From: Aquifex aeolicus VF5
GTDB lineage: Bacteria > Aquificota > Aquificia > Aquificales > Aquificaceae
Length of the DNA: 32,000 nt
Assembly (NCBI RefSeq): GCF_000008625.1
Contig: NC_000918.1
Location: forward strand, 600,001-632,000
Reading direction: 5' to 3'
Under the pieces are notes generated by a model, which ran no database searches, was not told the origin of the DNA, and saw only the letters and a list, made by a program, of their open reading frames with translations. Of this stretch, positions 8,086 to 17,128 are shown one piece after another; the stretch's first letter is position 1; each line of letters begins with the position of its first letter. The translations under genes were made by a program, and so were the position numbers.

Positions 8086-9968
8086 ATGAGACGCCCGCCC
8101 TTCAGGGCGTCCCTCACCGCCTTTTCTATACCTTCAGCGTCTATACCGACGAGGTTTCTGAGTATGTCCTGCTTTCCGTGTTCTATGAACCTGTCCGGCA
8201 CACCTAAGTTTATTACCCTCTTCATTATTCCTTCCCTTGCGAAAAACTCCAGAACTCCGCTTCCAAAGCCTCCAACTACCGTATTGTCTTCAACGGTTAT
8301 GAATGTGTCGTACCTATTTGCGAGGTCTCTGAGCATTTTCTCGTCCATCGGCTTTACGAACCTCGCGTTGACTACACCTACCCTTATCCCTTCCTTGTAG
8401 AGTTTTTCCGCGGCTCTAAGGGCTTGGTATACGGGGTATCCCACCGCAAGTATAACGCAGTCCTCACCTTCCAGAAGCTCCTCCCAAGTTCCTATTTCTA
8501 TCTTTTTAAAACCTTCGGTAGGAACTCCGTAAGCCGCACCCCTCGGATACCTCAGGGCGAAAGGCTTTCCGCTGTATATACCAGTGTAAAGGAGGTCCCT
8601 GAGCTCCTGTTCATCTTTTGGAGCGCAAACTACCATATTGGGAACGCATCTCAGGTAAGAGAGGTCAAAAACTCCGTGGTGGGTGGGACCGTCGTCTCCG
8701 ACAAGTCCCGCCCTGTCTATTGCGAAGGTAACGGGCAGGTTCTGGAGTGCTACGTCGTGGATTACCTGGTCGTAAGCCCTCTGGAGGAAAGTGGAGTAGT
8801 ATGCTGCGACTGGTCTTAGTCCTTCTGCGGCGAGTCCTGCAGCAAAGGTGCAAGCGTGCTGTTCAGCAATTCCTACGTCAAAGAACCTGTCAGGGAACCT
8901 CTTTGCGAACTCAACGAGTCCCGAACCTTCCCTCATGGCGGGAGTAATTGCCACGATTTTCTCGTCCCTTTCAGCCAGTTCCACGAGTGCCTTTCCAAAG
9001 ACCGAGGTCCAGGTGGGAGGAGAGCTTTTTTTAATGATTTCTCCGGACTCAACCTTGTAGGGCGCAACTCCGTGCCACTTTACGGGATTTTCCTCCGCAG
9101 GCTTGTAGCCCTTTCCCTTCTTCGTGTAAACGTGGAGAAGGACGGGTCCCTTTATATCTTTCACGTTGTTTAATGTATCCTCAAGGGCCTTTATGTCGTG
9201 TCCGTCTATGGGACCTATGTAATTAAAACCGAGTTCCTCGAAAATAACTCCGGGTGATATTAGACCCTTGAGGAACTCCTCCGTGAGCTTCATTATCCTG
9301 AGAGGAGTCTCCCCGAAGTGCTGTAAGAAATTCTTAATCTTTTGTCTCGTTTCTTGAACGAAATGCCCGCTTATTATCCTGTTCAGGTATGTGGATATCG
9401 CTCCTACATTCGGAGATATAGACATCTCGTTGTCGTTCAGTATCACGATAAACCTGTCCGGTCTTATGTGTCCCGCGTTGTTTAGAGCCTCGTAAGCCAT
9501 ACCCGCCGTGAGTGCACCGTCCCCTATTACCGCTATAACGTAATCCTCTTTTTCTCCTTTCAGGTCCTTTCCTATCCTGAAGCCCAGGGCTGCAGAAATA
9601 GAGGTAGAGCTGTGTCCTGCTCCGAAGGCGTCGTATATGCTCTCCTCTCTTCTCAAAAATCCCGAAATGCCCTTATACTGTCTCAAAGTAGGGAATTGCT
9701 CTTTTCTGTCTGTGAGTATCTTCCATGGGTATCCCTGGTGTCCTATGTCCCAGACTATTACGTCCTCAGGCGGGTTGAAAACCCTCAGGAGTGCTATCGT
9801 TAATTCAACAACACCAAGGCTCGGACCTACATGTCCTCCGTTCTTTGAAGTTACATTTATGATGTAATCCCTTACCTCTTGAGCGAGCTTCTGGAGCGTT
9901 TCATAATCGTAATTCTTTATATCAAAAGGCCCTTTATAGTCCTTCAAGATCTCGTACTTCTCAAGCAT
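8082..9968 (-). CDS. dxs: 1-deoxy-D-xylulose-5-phosphate synthase
   Basis: 628 aa. [14 protein letters not shown], the TPP-binding motif [18 protein letters not shown]...LNDN, and transketolase-like pyrimidine and C-terminal domains. Confidence 0.96.
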
Positions 9969-9989
9969 AGTGAATAAGTTATTCCATCC

Positions 9990-10409
9990 TCAGAAGAACA
10001 TCAATCTGAGAAGCCATCCGAAGATAACTACGCTCAATACAAGCCCGAGTCCCACAACTCCCACAAGTACTCCTATCTTCCAGTTCAGATCCTTTTGCTT
10101 TATCCATATAAGGGGGAAGGTTGCGAGTGTATAGAGCATCAGGAGTATCCCGAGCCACTTGTGGGGGAACAGGAATATGAAGGTTACCTTTTGTTGAACG
10201 TAAGGGTTTGTGGCCTGAGAGAGTCCGGTTATCACCGCAAGAACTACAAACACAGCGGAAATTGCGTGGTTAAAGAGTCCGTGGTGCAGGAAAAATAGAA
10301 CGTGTCTCCTAAAGCCGTAGTAAACTACGTAGCTCAAGTAAGTCACAAAAATGAGTCCCACGAGGAAGTAATTTACTAGTGGGTGAAGCTTTCCCATACT
10401 TTTAATCAT
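9990..10409 (-). CDS. Hypothetical integral membrane protein, about 4 TM helices, His-rich
   Basis: 139 aa with four hydrophobic segments. Histidines sit at the helix ends (RRHVLFFLHHGLFNHA, FPHKW). Its ATG overlaps the reverse gyrase TGA (ATGA). No family assignment is possible by eye. Confidence 0.6.
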   Translation of the reverse strand: MIKSMGKLHPLVNYFLVGLIFVTYLSYVVYYGFRRHVLFFLHHGLFNHAISAVFVVLAVITGLSQATNPYVQQKVTFIFLFPHKWLGILLMLYTLATFPLIWIKQKDLNWKIGVLVGVVGLGLVLSVVIFGWLLRLMFF

Positions 10410-13400
10410 ACATTCGCTTTTTCAAACTCGTTCACCTTTTTGTAAAGCTCGTCCAGAACCTGGAGGTAGTCTTCCTTCCCTTCTTCTACCTTATCCATTA
10501 ACTCTTCAAGTTTTCTAGTAAACTCTTCCGAGACGAAAGGCATTATCTTTTCTCTGCTTTTGAGGAATTCGTAAACCTGCTTTCCGAGCTTCGTAGGAAT
10601 TAAGAAGCCGTGTCTTTCTATAACGTAGCCCCTTTCAAGGAGTTTGGAAACTATCGTGGCGTAAGTGGATGGTCTGCCTATTCCCCTTCTCTTCATCTCT
10701 TCAACTAAGGAACCTTGAGTATATAGGTAAGCCATTGGAACGCTCTTTAGTTCTTTTTTGTCTTCCACATACACGCTCCCTTTCAGGTCCGGCTGGAGTT
10801 CTAATGGGTACACTTTGTTAAAACCTTCTTCAAGAATTTCGGTTGTGAGTATGAGTTCTTGTTCCCTGCCGAGGGCTTTTACTTTCACTTTCTTGGTTTT
10901 TACCTTAACGGGCTTCATCTGAGATGCCATGAACCTCTTGAAGATTAACTCGTAAAGAAGTAGATGTTCTCTTGTGAGGTTCTGGAGCTGTCCCGCGAGC
11001 ATCATACTCCTTAGGTCCTCAACGTCTAAAGGCTTTGTGGGTCTTATACACTCGTGAGCACCGCCCTCTCCCCAAACCCTCGGATAGAAAAGTTCCTTTC
11101 CGAGTTCCTCGCTTATCCACTCTTTCGCCACTCCTATCCCGACGTCCGAAACGCGCGTGGAGTCTGTCCTGTGGTAAGTTATAAGACCGTACTCAAAGAG
11201 TTCCTGGGCGAGTTGCATCAATTTCGGCACGGATATCCTGTAGCGGTCCGAGGCTTCTTTAAGCATGGTGTCGGTGGTAAAGGGCGGAGGTGGATTTTTC
11301 AGTTCTTCTCTTTCTTCAAGAACTTCAACGTCAATCTCTTTCAGGTTTTCGTAAAACTCCTTTGCTTCCTTTTTGTCCTGAAACTCAAAACCGAGCCTAA
11401 GCCACCTTCCGTTTTCTTTAAAGGTTATCTGAACTACATGCTTTTTCTTTCTGTAAAGTTTTTCCCTCTCTATAATCCAGCCGAGAACGGGTATCTGAAC
11501 TCTACCGCCAGAAAGCCAGTGTTTATCAAAAGCTTGCTGTACTATCCTTGAAACTTCAAAGCCAACCCACCTGTCCGCTATTCTCCTAACGAGCTGAGCC
11601 TTTACGAGGTTTTCGTTAAAGTCCCTCGGGTTTTCCACGGCGTGTTTTATAGCCTTTCTCGTCACCTCGTGAAACTCAATCCTTTCCACGTTGGGGATGT
11701 AGGGACTTAGCAGTGCTCCGAGGTCCCAGCCTATCTTTTCCCCTTCCGTGTCTGGGTCCGTTCCGATGAGCACCGTGTCCACCTCCTGAGCGAGTTCCCT
11801 CAGTCCCTTTACTATGTTCTCCTTTCCTTCTATAACTTCGTAAATGGGAACGTATTCACCGTTTTTCGCTATTACGCCGTGGAATTCCTTGTCCTTCACA
11901 AGGTCAAAAACGTGTCCGAGTGATGCCGTAATCATTATGTAAAGGTCCCCAACCATTACCTCAAGAACGTCTATGCCCCCTATCTTTCTGCCCATGGGTT
12001 TTCCGAAGAAGTTTGCTATGGTTCTGGCTTTGTTAGGGCTTTCTACCACTACCAGTACGGGCTTGACGTGCTCCTTTTGCTCCGCTTTTACCTTTCCTTC
12101 CAGGATTTCCCTTACCTTCTTCCTGTCCTCGTCTATTTCCCTTAGGACTTCTTTCAGGTCCACTTCTTCAATTTTCTTGAAGTTTATGTCCTGATTGAAC
12201 CACCTTACCTTCTTTTCTAAGTTCTTGAAAGCCCTTCTGTCGTCAACGAGAACGTGGCTCAGACCTTTCGTAAGTCCACCAGCGTACATTCTTGAAGTTC
12301 TTCCGCTCGCCTGAAGGTATCCCGTCACGTCCGCAACGACGAGTTCAAACCCTTCCTCTCCGAGTCTGAGAGTTAACTCTTCAGAGTTTTTTATCTTTTC
12401 AACGATATCTTCCCTCAGCAAGAACTCCTGAACTTCTTTTCTCAGGTTCTCAATCCTATCTTTTAAATCAGGCCTCTCCTCAACGAAGTCATCGCTCAGG
12501 AAGGAATACCTCCTTAGCCTCTGTATCCACGTGTCAACCTTCTTTACTTCACTCTTCAGTTTTTCGTCCTTGAGGATTATAGGTCTCAGAGAGAGGAGTG
12601 CCCAGAGGAGGTGGGAGACAGAGGTTTCTACTTTGAGGGGAACTCTTATTTTCGGAACGCCGTAGAAGATTGCGTACCTGACCACGTGGGGAAGGTCAAT
12701 CCCGCGAGCCAAGGGGTTTTTAAAGGAAGAGATACCTATCGCTACCTGTGCTTCTCCCTTCTCAAAGAGTTTTAGATCCTCTTCGTAGGTGACCGCCTTA
12801 ACTCCGTGGCTTTCTAAGAACTTTTTAACCTCTTCAACAGCTTCCCTTCCGTAATCAGATGAGACAAAGACGAGTCCTCCCTTTCCGAATTCTTTAACTC
12901 TCTTTAGGAGTGTTTCCTTTAAGTTTTGGGTTTCCTCGTAGGTTTCCACTATGTTTCTGAGAAGGACGCTCGGCTTTCCGACTTCAAATCCCAGTAGTTC
13001 CCTAAAAAGCTTTATCCTGTTTGAACGGGGATTTCCGGTGGCGGAAGAAACCGCAAGAACTCCCTTTTTCTTTTTGGCTATCTCCCTGAGTTCCTCGCTC
13101 CTTTTCTTTATCTCCTCCCAGTCCTCTTCACTCTTATTTGGTTTTTCTTTCAGTCTAATGAGTTCAAAAGCCTTGTGTATGTCTTCCTCGGAAAAACCGA
13201 GGAGGTAGAGAACCTTGTCTACGTTCTTTGCCGTCTTCAGGAAACTGTCCACGTCGTCTACGAAGATGAAGGAAAAGTCTTTGGGGAGTATCTCGTAATT
13301 TTTGTAAAGGAACATAGAAGTTGTGATGAGGATGTCAAAGTCTCCCTTCTGAATTCTTTCCTTTAACTCTTTTTTCTTCTTTTCCGAGAGTTTGCCCCAG

Positions 13401-13846
13401 ACTATTAATCTGTCCTCGTCAACGCCGAAGGTTTTTATCCTCTCTGATACCTGCTCAACGAGGAGTTGTGTGGGAAGTATTATGTAGGACTTTTTCCCCT
13501 GCTTTGCGAGGTAAGATGCCATGGAAAGCCCGAAAGTGGTTTTTCCCACTCCCGTGGGGGCGAGCATGGCAAAGCTCCTTCCGAGGAATACCTTCCTAGC
13601 CCATGACTTTTGCAAACTCCACGGAGAAGTCCCCAATATCTCTTTAAAGAAATCTTCCCAGTCTTTCAGCTCGGATAAGAGTTCGCAGAACTCTTTAAAG
13701 CTCCCATTCTCCAGTTTCTGACAGACTTCCTCTCTATTTACTTCTTCGGGAAGACACTTTTCACAGGGAAGACCTTTTAGCAGTCTTTCGGCGGATATCT
13801 CGCCACCGCAGTTCGGACACAGAGTATCAAAAATAGCCTTAATCAT
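10406..13846 (-). CDS. rgy: Reverse gyrase (helicase-like domain fused to type IA topoisomerase)
   Basis: 1146 aa. N-terminal Zn finger CPNCGG...CEKC, Walker A APTGVGKT, DEAD-like VDDVD and SAT. Then TOPRIM (VVVESPNKARTI, GTDPDTEGE) and the topo IA catalytic Tyr context (ITYHRTDS). Confidence 0.97.
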   Translation of the reverse strand: MIKAIFDTLCPNCGGEISAERLLKGLPCEKCLPEEVNREEVCQKLENGSFKEFCELLSELKDWEDFFKEILGTSPWSLQKSWARKVFLGRSFAMLAPTGVGKTTFGLSMASYLAKQGKKSYIILPTQLLVEQVSERIKTFGVDEDRLIVWGKLSEKKKKELKERIQKGDFDILITTSMFLYKNYEILPKDFSFIFVDDVDSFLKTAKNVDKVLYLLGFSEEDIHKAFELIRLKEKPNKSEEDWEEIKKRSEELREIAKKKKGVLAVSSATGNPRSNRIKLFRELLGFEVGKPSVLLRNIVETYEETQNLKETLLKRVKEFGKGGLVFVSSDYGREAVEEVKKFLESHGVKAVTYEEDLKLFEKGEAQVAIGISSFKNPLARGIDLPHVVRYAIFYGVPKIRVPLKVETSVSHLLWALLSLRPIILKDEKLKSEVKKVDTWIQRLRRYSFLSDDFVEERPDLKDRIENLRKEVQEFLLREDIVEKIKNSEELTLRLGEEGFELVVADVTGYLQASGRTSRMYAGGLTKGLSHVLVDDRRAFKNLEKKVRWFNQDINFKKIEEVDLKEVLREIDEDRKKVREILEGKVKAEQKEHVKPVLVVVESPNKARTIANFFGKPMGRKIGGIDVLEVMVGDLYIMITASLGHVFDLVKDKEFHGVIAKNGEYVPIYEVIEGKENIVKGLRELAQEVDTVLIGTDPDTEGEKIGWDLGALLSPYIPNVERIEFHEVTRKAIKHAVENPRDFNENLVKAQLVRRIADRWVGFEVSRIVQQAFDKHWLSGGRVQIPVLGWIIEREKLYRKKKHVVQITFKENGRWLRLGFEFQDKKEAKEFYENLKEIDVEVLEEREELKNPPPPFTTDTMLKEASDRYRISVPKLMQLAQELFEYGLITYHRTDSTRVSDVGIGVAKEWISEELGKELFYPRVWGEGGAHECIRPTKPLDVEDLRSMMLAGQLQNLTREHLLLYELIFKRFMASQMKPVKVKTKKVKVKALGREQELILTTEILEEGFNKVYPLELQPDLKGSVYVEDKKELKSVPMAYLYTQGSLVEEMKRRGIGRPSTYATIVSKLLERGYVIERHGFLIPTKLGKQVYEFLKSREKIMPFVSEEFTRKLEELMDKVEEGKEDYLQVLDELYKKVNEFEKANV

Positions 13847-13985
13847 AAGAAAGAATGATATTACGAGGCGGGGAAATCTTCTCAGGCAATTACTCTGATA
13901 CTTGTCATCTTCGGGAAAGAGGTATATCTTAATAATCGTAAGCTAAACTTAGTTTAAAAAATCAAACTCAAAGGAGGTGGGAACC

Positions 13986-14423
13986 ATGGCACTCTTTGAC
14001 GAATGGTATCAAAAAGGACACCAGATCGTCCACGAAGTTATGAAGGAGCTCGGAATTGAAGATGAGCACAAAGCCTTCAGACTTCTGAGAGCTGTTCTCC
14101 AAACCTTAAGGGATAGACTCCCCGCCAGTGAAGGAAAGGACTTTGCAGCTCAACTTCCGATGGTTTTGAAAGCAGTCTGGTGTGACGGCTGGGATCCAAC
14201 AAGAGTGCCCGACAAGAGCATAAAACACAAACAGGACTTCCTTGAAAGAGTTATGAACCATCCCGGACTCAGGAGACCTGCGGACATTGAAAGCCTTGAA
14301 GACGCAGAAAGAGTTGTAACAGCAGTATTCAGAGTTCTAAAGAGACACATTTCTTACGGAGAGATAAAGGACGTCCTGAGCGAACTCCCCGAAGACATAA
14401 GAGAAATGTTAGAAAACGCTTAA
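13986..14423 (+). CDS. DUF2267-family protein (function unknown)
   Basis: ATG at 13986 (MALFDEWYQKG...), with GGAGGTG ending 6 nt upstream (GGAGGT is 13973-13978, 7-nt spacer). The pattern ...A.R.LRAVLQTLRDRLP..E...FAAQLP..L...W..GW.P is the DUF2267 signature as I remember it. The GTG at 13977 in the ORF track sits inside the SD and is rejected. Confidence 0.7.
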   Translation: MALFDEWYQKGHQIVHEVMKELGIEDEHKAFRLLRAVLQTLRDRLPASEGKDFAAQLPMVLKAVWCDGWDPTRVPDKSIKHKQDFLERVMNHPGLRRPADIESLEDAERVVTAVFRVLKRHISYGEIKDVLSELPEDIREMLENA

Positions 14424-14466
14424 TTTTTCCTTTCCCCTTTCTAAATTTTTTTATTGGAGTTGGAAT

Positions 14467-15270
14467 ATGAGGGTAAGAGAGCCGGCAGTTGCAGGAACTT
14501 TTTACCCGAAGGATAAGGAAGAGCTAAATAAGTTAATGGATTTACTCTGCGGTTTCGAGCCAAAGGAAAAGATAAAACCCAAAGCCATTTTAGTTCCCCA
14601 CGCGGGCTACATATACAGCGGAAAAACCGCCTGTGAAGTTTACAAGAGGATTGAGATTCCCGAAAAGGTTGTGCTTCTTGGACCCAACCACACGGGACTT
14701 GGAAAACCGATATCCGTGTACAGCGGAGATGCATGGGAAACCCCTTACGGAGTTGTTGAGATTGACGGAGAACTGAGGGAGAAAATCTTAAAATACCCCT
14801 ACGCAAACCCTGACGAATACGCACATTTGTACGAGCACTCTCTGGAAGTCCAGCTTCCCTTCCTCCAGAGGTACGCAAGAAGGGAGTTTAAGATACTCCC
14901 CATAGTTGTAACCTTTGTGGAGTATGAAGTTGCAAAAGATTTCGGAAGGTTCTTGGGAGAAGTTCTGAAGGAAGAAGACGCCCTCATAGTTATAAGCTCG
15001 GACATGAGCCACTACGTTCCCGCCGAGGAAGCGAGAAAGAAGGACGAGATACTCATATCCGCCATGGAAAGACTAAACACCGAGGAGCTCTACTTTAAGG
15101 CTGTTCAATACAACATAACAATGTGCGGAGTTGTGCCTGCGGTTGTAGGAATAGAGTCGGCAAAAGTGCTCGGAGCAACGAAGGGAATAGTGGTTGATTA
15201 CTCAAACTCCGGAGACACGACGGGAGACTACTCTCAGGTGGTAGCTTACTTAGGAATGATTTTCCTTTAA
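14467..15270 (+). CDS. MEMO1-family protein (AmmeMemoRadiSam system protein B-like, UPF0103)
   Basis: 267 aa. REPAVAGTFYP, VPHAGYIYSG, GPNH, SSDMSHY and GDTTGD..VVAY motifs are typical of the MEMO/extradiol-dioxygenase-class III-like fold. Confidence 0.8.
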   Translation: MRVREPAVAGTFYPKDKEELNKLMDLLCGFEPKEKIKPKAILVPHAGYIYSGKTACEVYKRIEIPEKVVLLGPNHTGLGKPISVYSGDAWETPYGVVEIDGELREKILKYPYANPDEYAHLYEHSLEVQLPFLQRYARREFKILPIVVTFVEYEVAKDFGRFLGEVLKEEDALIVISSDMSHYVPAEEARKKDEILISAMERLNTEELYFKAVQYNITMCGVVPAVVGIESAKVLGATKGIVVDYSNSGDTTGDYSQVVAYLGMIFL

Positions 15271-16194
15271 TACTTCACTCACGAGAACGCCTTCTCTGAG
15301 TCCCCAGTCGCTCACGATTAAACAATCCTTTTCAAAAATTTCTAAGGTTTTTAAGAATATGCCTATTCCCGCGAGGATTACCTTTGCCCTCCTGTCCTCA
15401 ACCTGCCTGAACCTCTTACTCCTTTCCTCCGAAGGGATTTCTTTGAAAGTATCAAACCACTTCTTTATCTGTCCGTAAGTCAAAACTTTTCCGTGAACTT
15501 TCTGTGGGTCGTAAGGGTAAACGTTATACTCAAGTGCCGCCAGAGTCGTTATAGTTCCGCCCAGTCCCACAATCGTGTCAACAGGTTTCTTTACCTTACT
15601 AAGTTCCTTCTCTAAAAATTCAAAAAATCTTTTGACTTCCTCTTCCGTTGGAGGGTCCTGCTTGAAGAAGGTCTCGGTCAAGTTCACTATACCTATGGGT
15701 AGGGAAATTACTTCCCTCACTTTATACCCCTTTCCGAAAACGTATTCCGTTGAACCACCCCCCTGGTCCACTACACAAACCTCTCCTTCGGGCTTTAAAG
15801 AGTATGCAACCGCAAGGTAGGCATATCTCCCTTCCTGTTCGGGAGTAATCACTTCAACTACGAGTCCGACTTCTCTTTTTACCCTCTCCAGAAATTCCTC
15901 TGCGTTTTTTGCCCTCCTTATTGCCTCCGTTGCTACGGCCTTTACCCGTTCTACCTTGAATTCATCAATTAACTTCTTATACTCCTTCAGCACCTGAATG
16001 GTTTCCTCTATCCTGTCCTCTTGAAGCCTTCCCGTTTCCTTTACCTTTGTCCCGAGGGAGGTAATCCTTCCCCTCTCAAGGATTATGGAGAGTTTTCCGT
16101 CTTTGATTTGGGCTATCGTTAGTCTCACGGAGTAGGAGCCTATGTCTATGGACGCCACCCTCATAATTGGTTTATTATCTAAAGACATGGGCAA
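15250..16194 (-). CDS. ppx: Exopolyphosphatase / guanosine pentaphosphate phosphohydrolase (PPX/GPPA family)
   Basis: 314 aa. ASKHA motifs IDIGSYSVRL, VATEAIRRA, DQGGGSTE and GLGGT. The start is ambiguous: ATG 16194, 16188 or 16164 (MRVASIDIGS). The last would remove the head-to-head overlap with fabD. Confidence 0.88.
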   Translation of the reverse strand: MPMSLDNKPIMRVASIDIGSYSVRLTIAQIKDGKLSIILERGRITSLGTKVKETGRLQEDRIEETIQVLKEYKKLIDEFKVERVKAVATEAIRRAKNAEEFLERVKREVGLVVEVITPEQEGRYAYLAVAYSLKPEGEVCVVDQGGGSTEYVFGKGYKVREVISLPIGIVNLTETFFKQDPPTEEEVKRFFEFLEKELSKVKKPVDTIVGLGGTITTLAALEYNVYPYDPQKVHGKVLTYGQIKKWFDTFKEIPSEERSKRFRQVEDRRAKVILAGIGIFLKTLEIFEKDCLIVSDWGLREGVLVSEVLKENHS

Positions 16195-17128
16195 GCTCGC
16201 TTACGTTTTTCCCGGACAAGGTTCCCAATACGTGGGTATGGGATACGAGTTTTACAAGCAGTTCCACGAGACCGCTGACGTGGTTCACGCGGTTGAACAC
16301 TCCCTCAGAATGTCTTTAGACGATATCGTTGACGTTATGTTCAAGGGTCCAGAAGAGAAACTGAACAAAACCGTATACACCCAACCTGCACTCTTTGCGA
16401 TTTCTCTCGGTATATACAAAGCCCTTGAGAGTATGGGATTTCCAAAGCCAGACTTTGTAGCGGGGCACTCCCTCGGAGAGTATACAGCCCTTGCTGTTGC
16501 GGGCGGGATAGACGTTCAGCTCGGGGCAAGACTCACCTATTACAGGGGAAAGTACATGCAGGAGGCTGTTCCCGAAGGAAAGGGAGCTATGGTGGCGATT
16601 CTGAAACTCCCTCCTGAAAAGGTAGAAGAAGCGTGTGAAAGGGCGAAGGACGTCGGGGTGGTTGAACCGGCAAACTACAACTCATCTACCCAAACCGTGA
16701 TATCGGGGGAAAAGCCTGCGGTTGAAAAGGCCGCCCAGATAGCAAAGGAAATGGGTGGAAGGGCAATCCCGTTGAAGGTTTCAGTTCCCTCCCACTGCTC
16801 ACTGATGAAACCCGCGGCGGACGCCTTTAGGCTTAAACTCGCTCAAGCTCCGATTCAAAATATTAAAATCCCTCTGGTTCAGAACTACACCGCAAAGGCT
16901 CACACCATGGCACACGAGATAAGGAACAACCTTTACCATCAGATATTTTCCCCGGTAAAGTGGTATCAGAGTGTTATATGGATGCACGAACAGGGAGTTG
17001 ATACCTTCGTAGAAATAGGTCCAAAGAACGTTCTCTCAAAACTCATACAGCAAACGCTCCCGAACGTGAGGGTGTTTAACGTTGAAAAACCAGAAGATGC
17101 GGAAAGCGTTTTAAAGGCGATAACATGA
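16187..17128 (+). CDS. fabD: Malonyl CoA-ACP transacylase
   Basis: Start taken at ATG 16187 (MGKLAYVFPGQGSQY), as FabD normally begins a few residues before GQGSQ. Active-site GHSLGEY. The upstream 15 codons of the track ORF overlap ppx. Confidence 0.93.
   Translation: MGKLAYVFPGQGSQYVGMGYEFYKQFHETADVVHAVEHSLRMSLDDIVDVMFKGPEEKLNKTVYTQPALFAISLGIYKALESMGFPKPDFVAGHSLGEYTALAVAGGIDVQLGARLTYYRGKYMQEAVPEGKGAMVAILKLPPEKVEEACERAKDVGVVEPANYNSSTQTVISGEKPAVEKAAQIAKEMGGRAIPLKVSVPSHCSLMKPAADAFRLKLAQAPIQNIKIPLVQNYTAKAHTMAHEIRNNLYHQIFSPVKWYQSVIWMHEQGVDTFVEIGPKNVLSKLIQQTLPNVRVFNVEKPEDAESVLKAIT

Noticed and set aside
13977-13985. GTG start at 13977 for the DUF2267 gene
   Set aside because: The GTG is itself part of the GGAGGTG Shine-Dalgarno sequence. 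The in-frame ATG 9 nt downstream is at an ideal distance from it.
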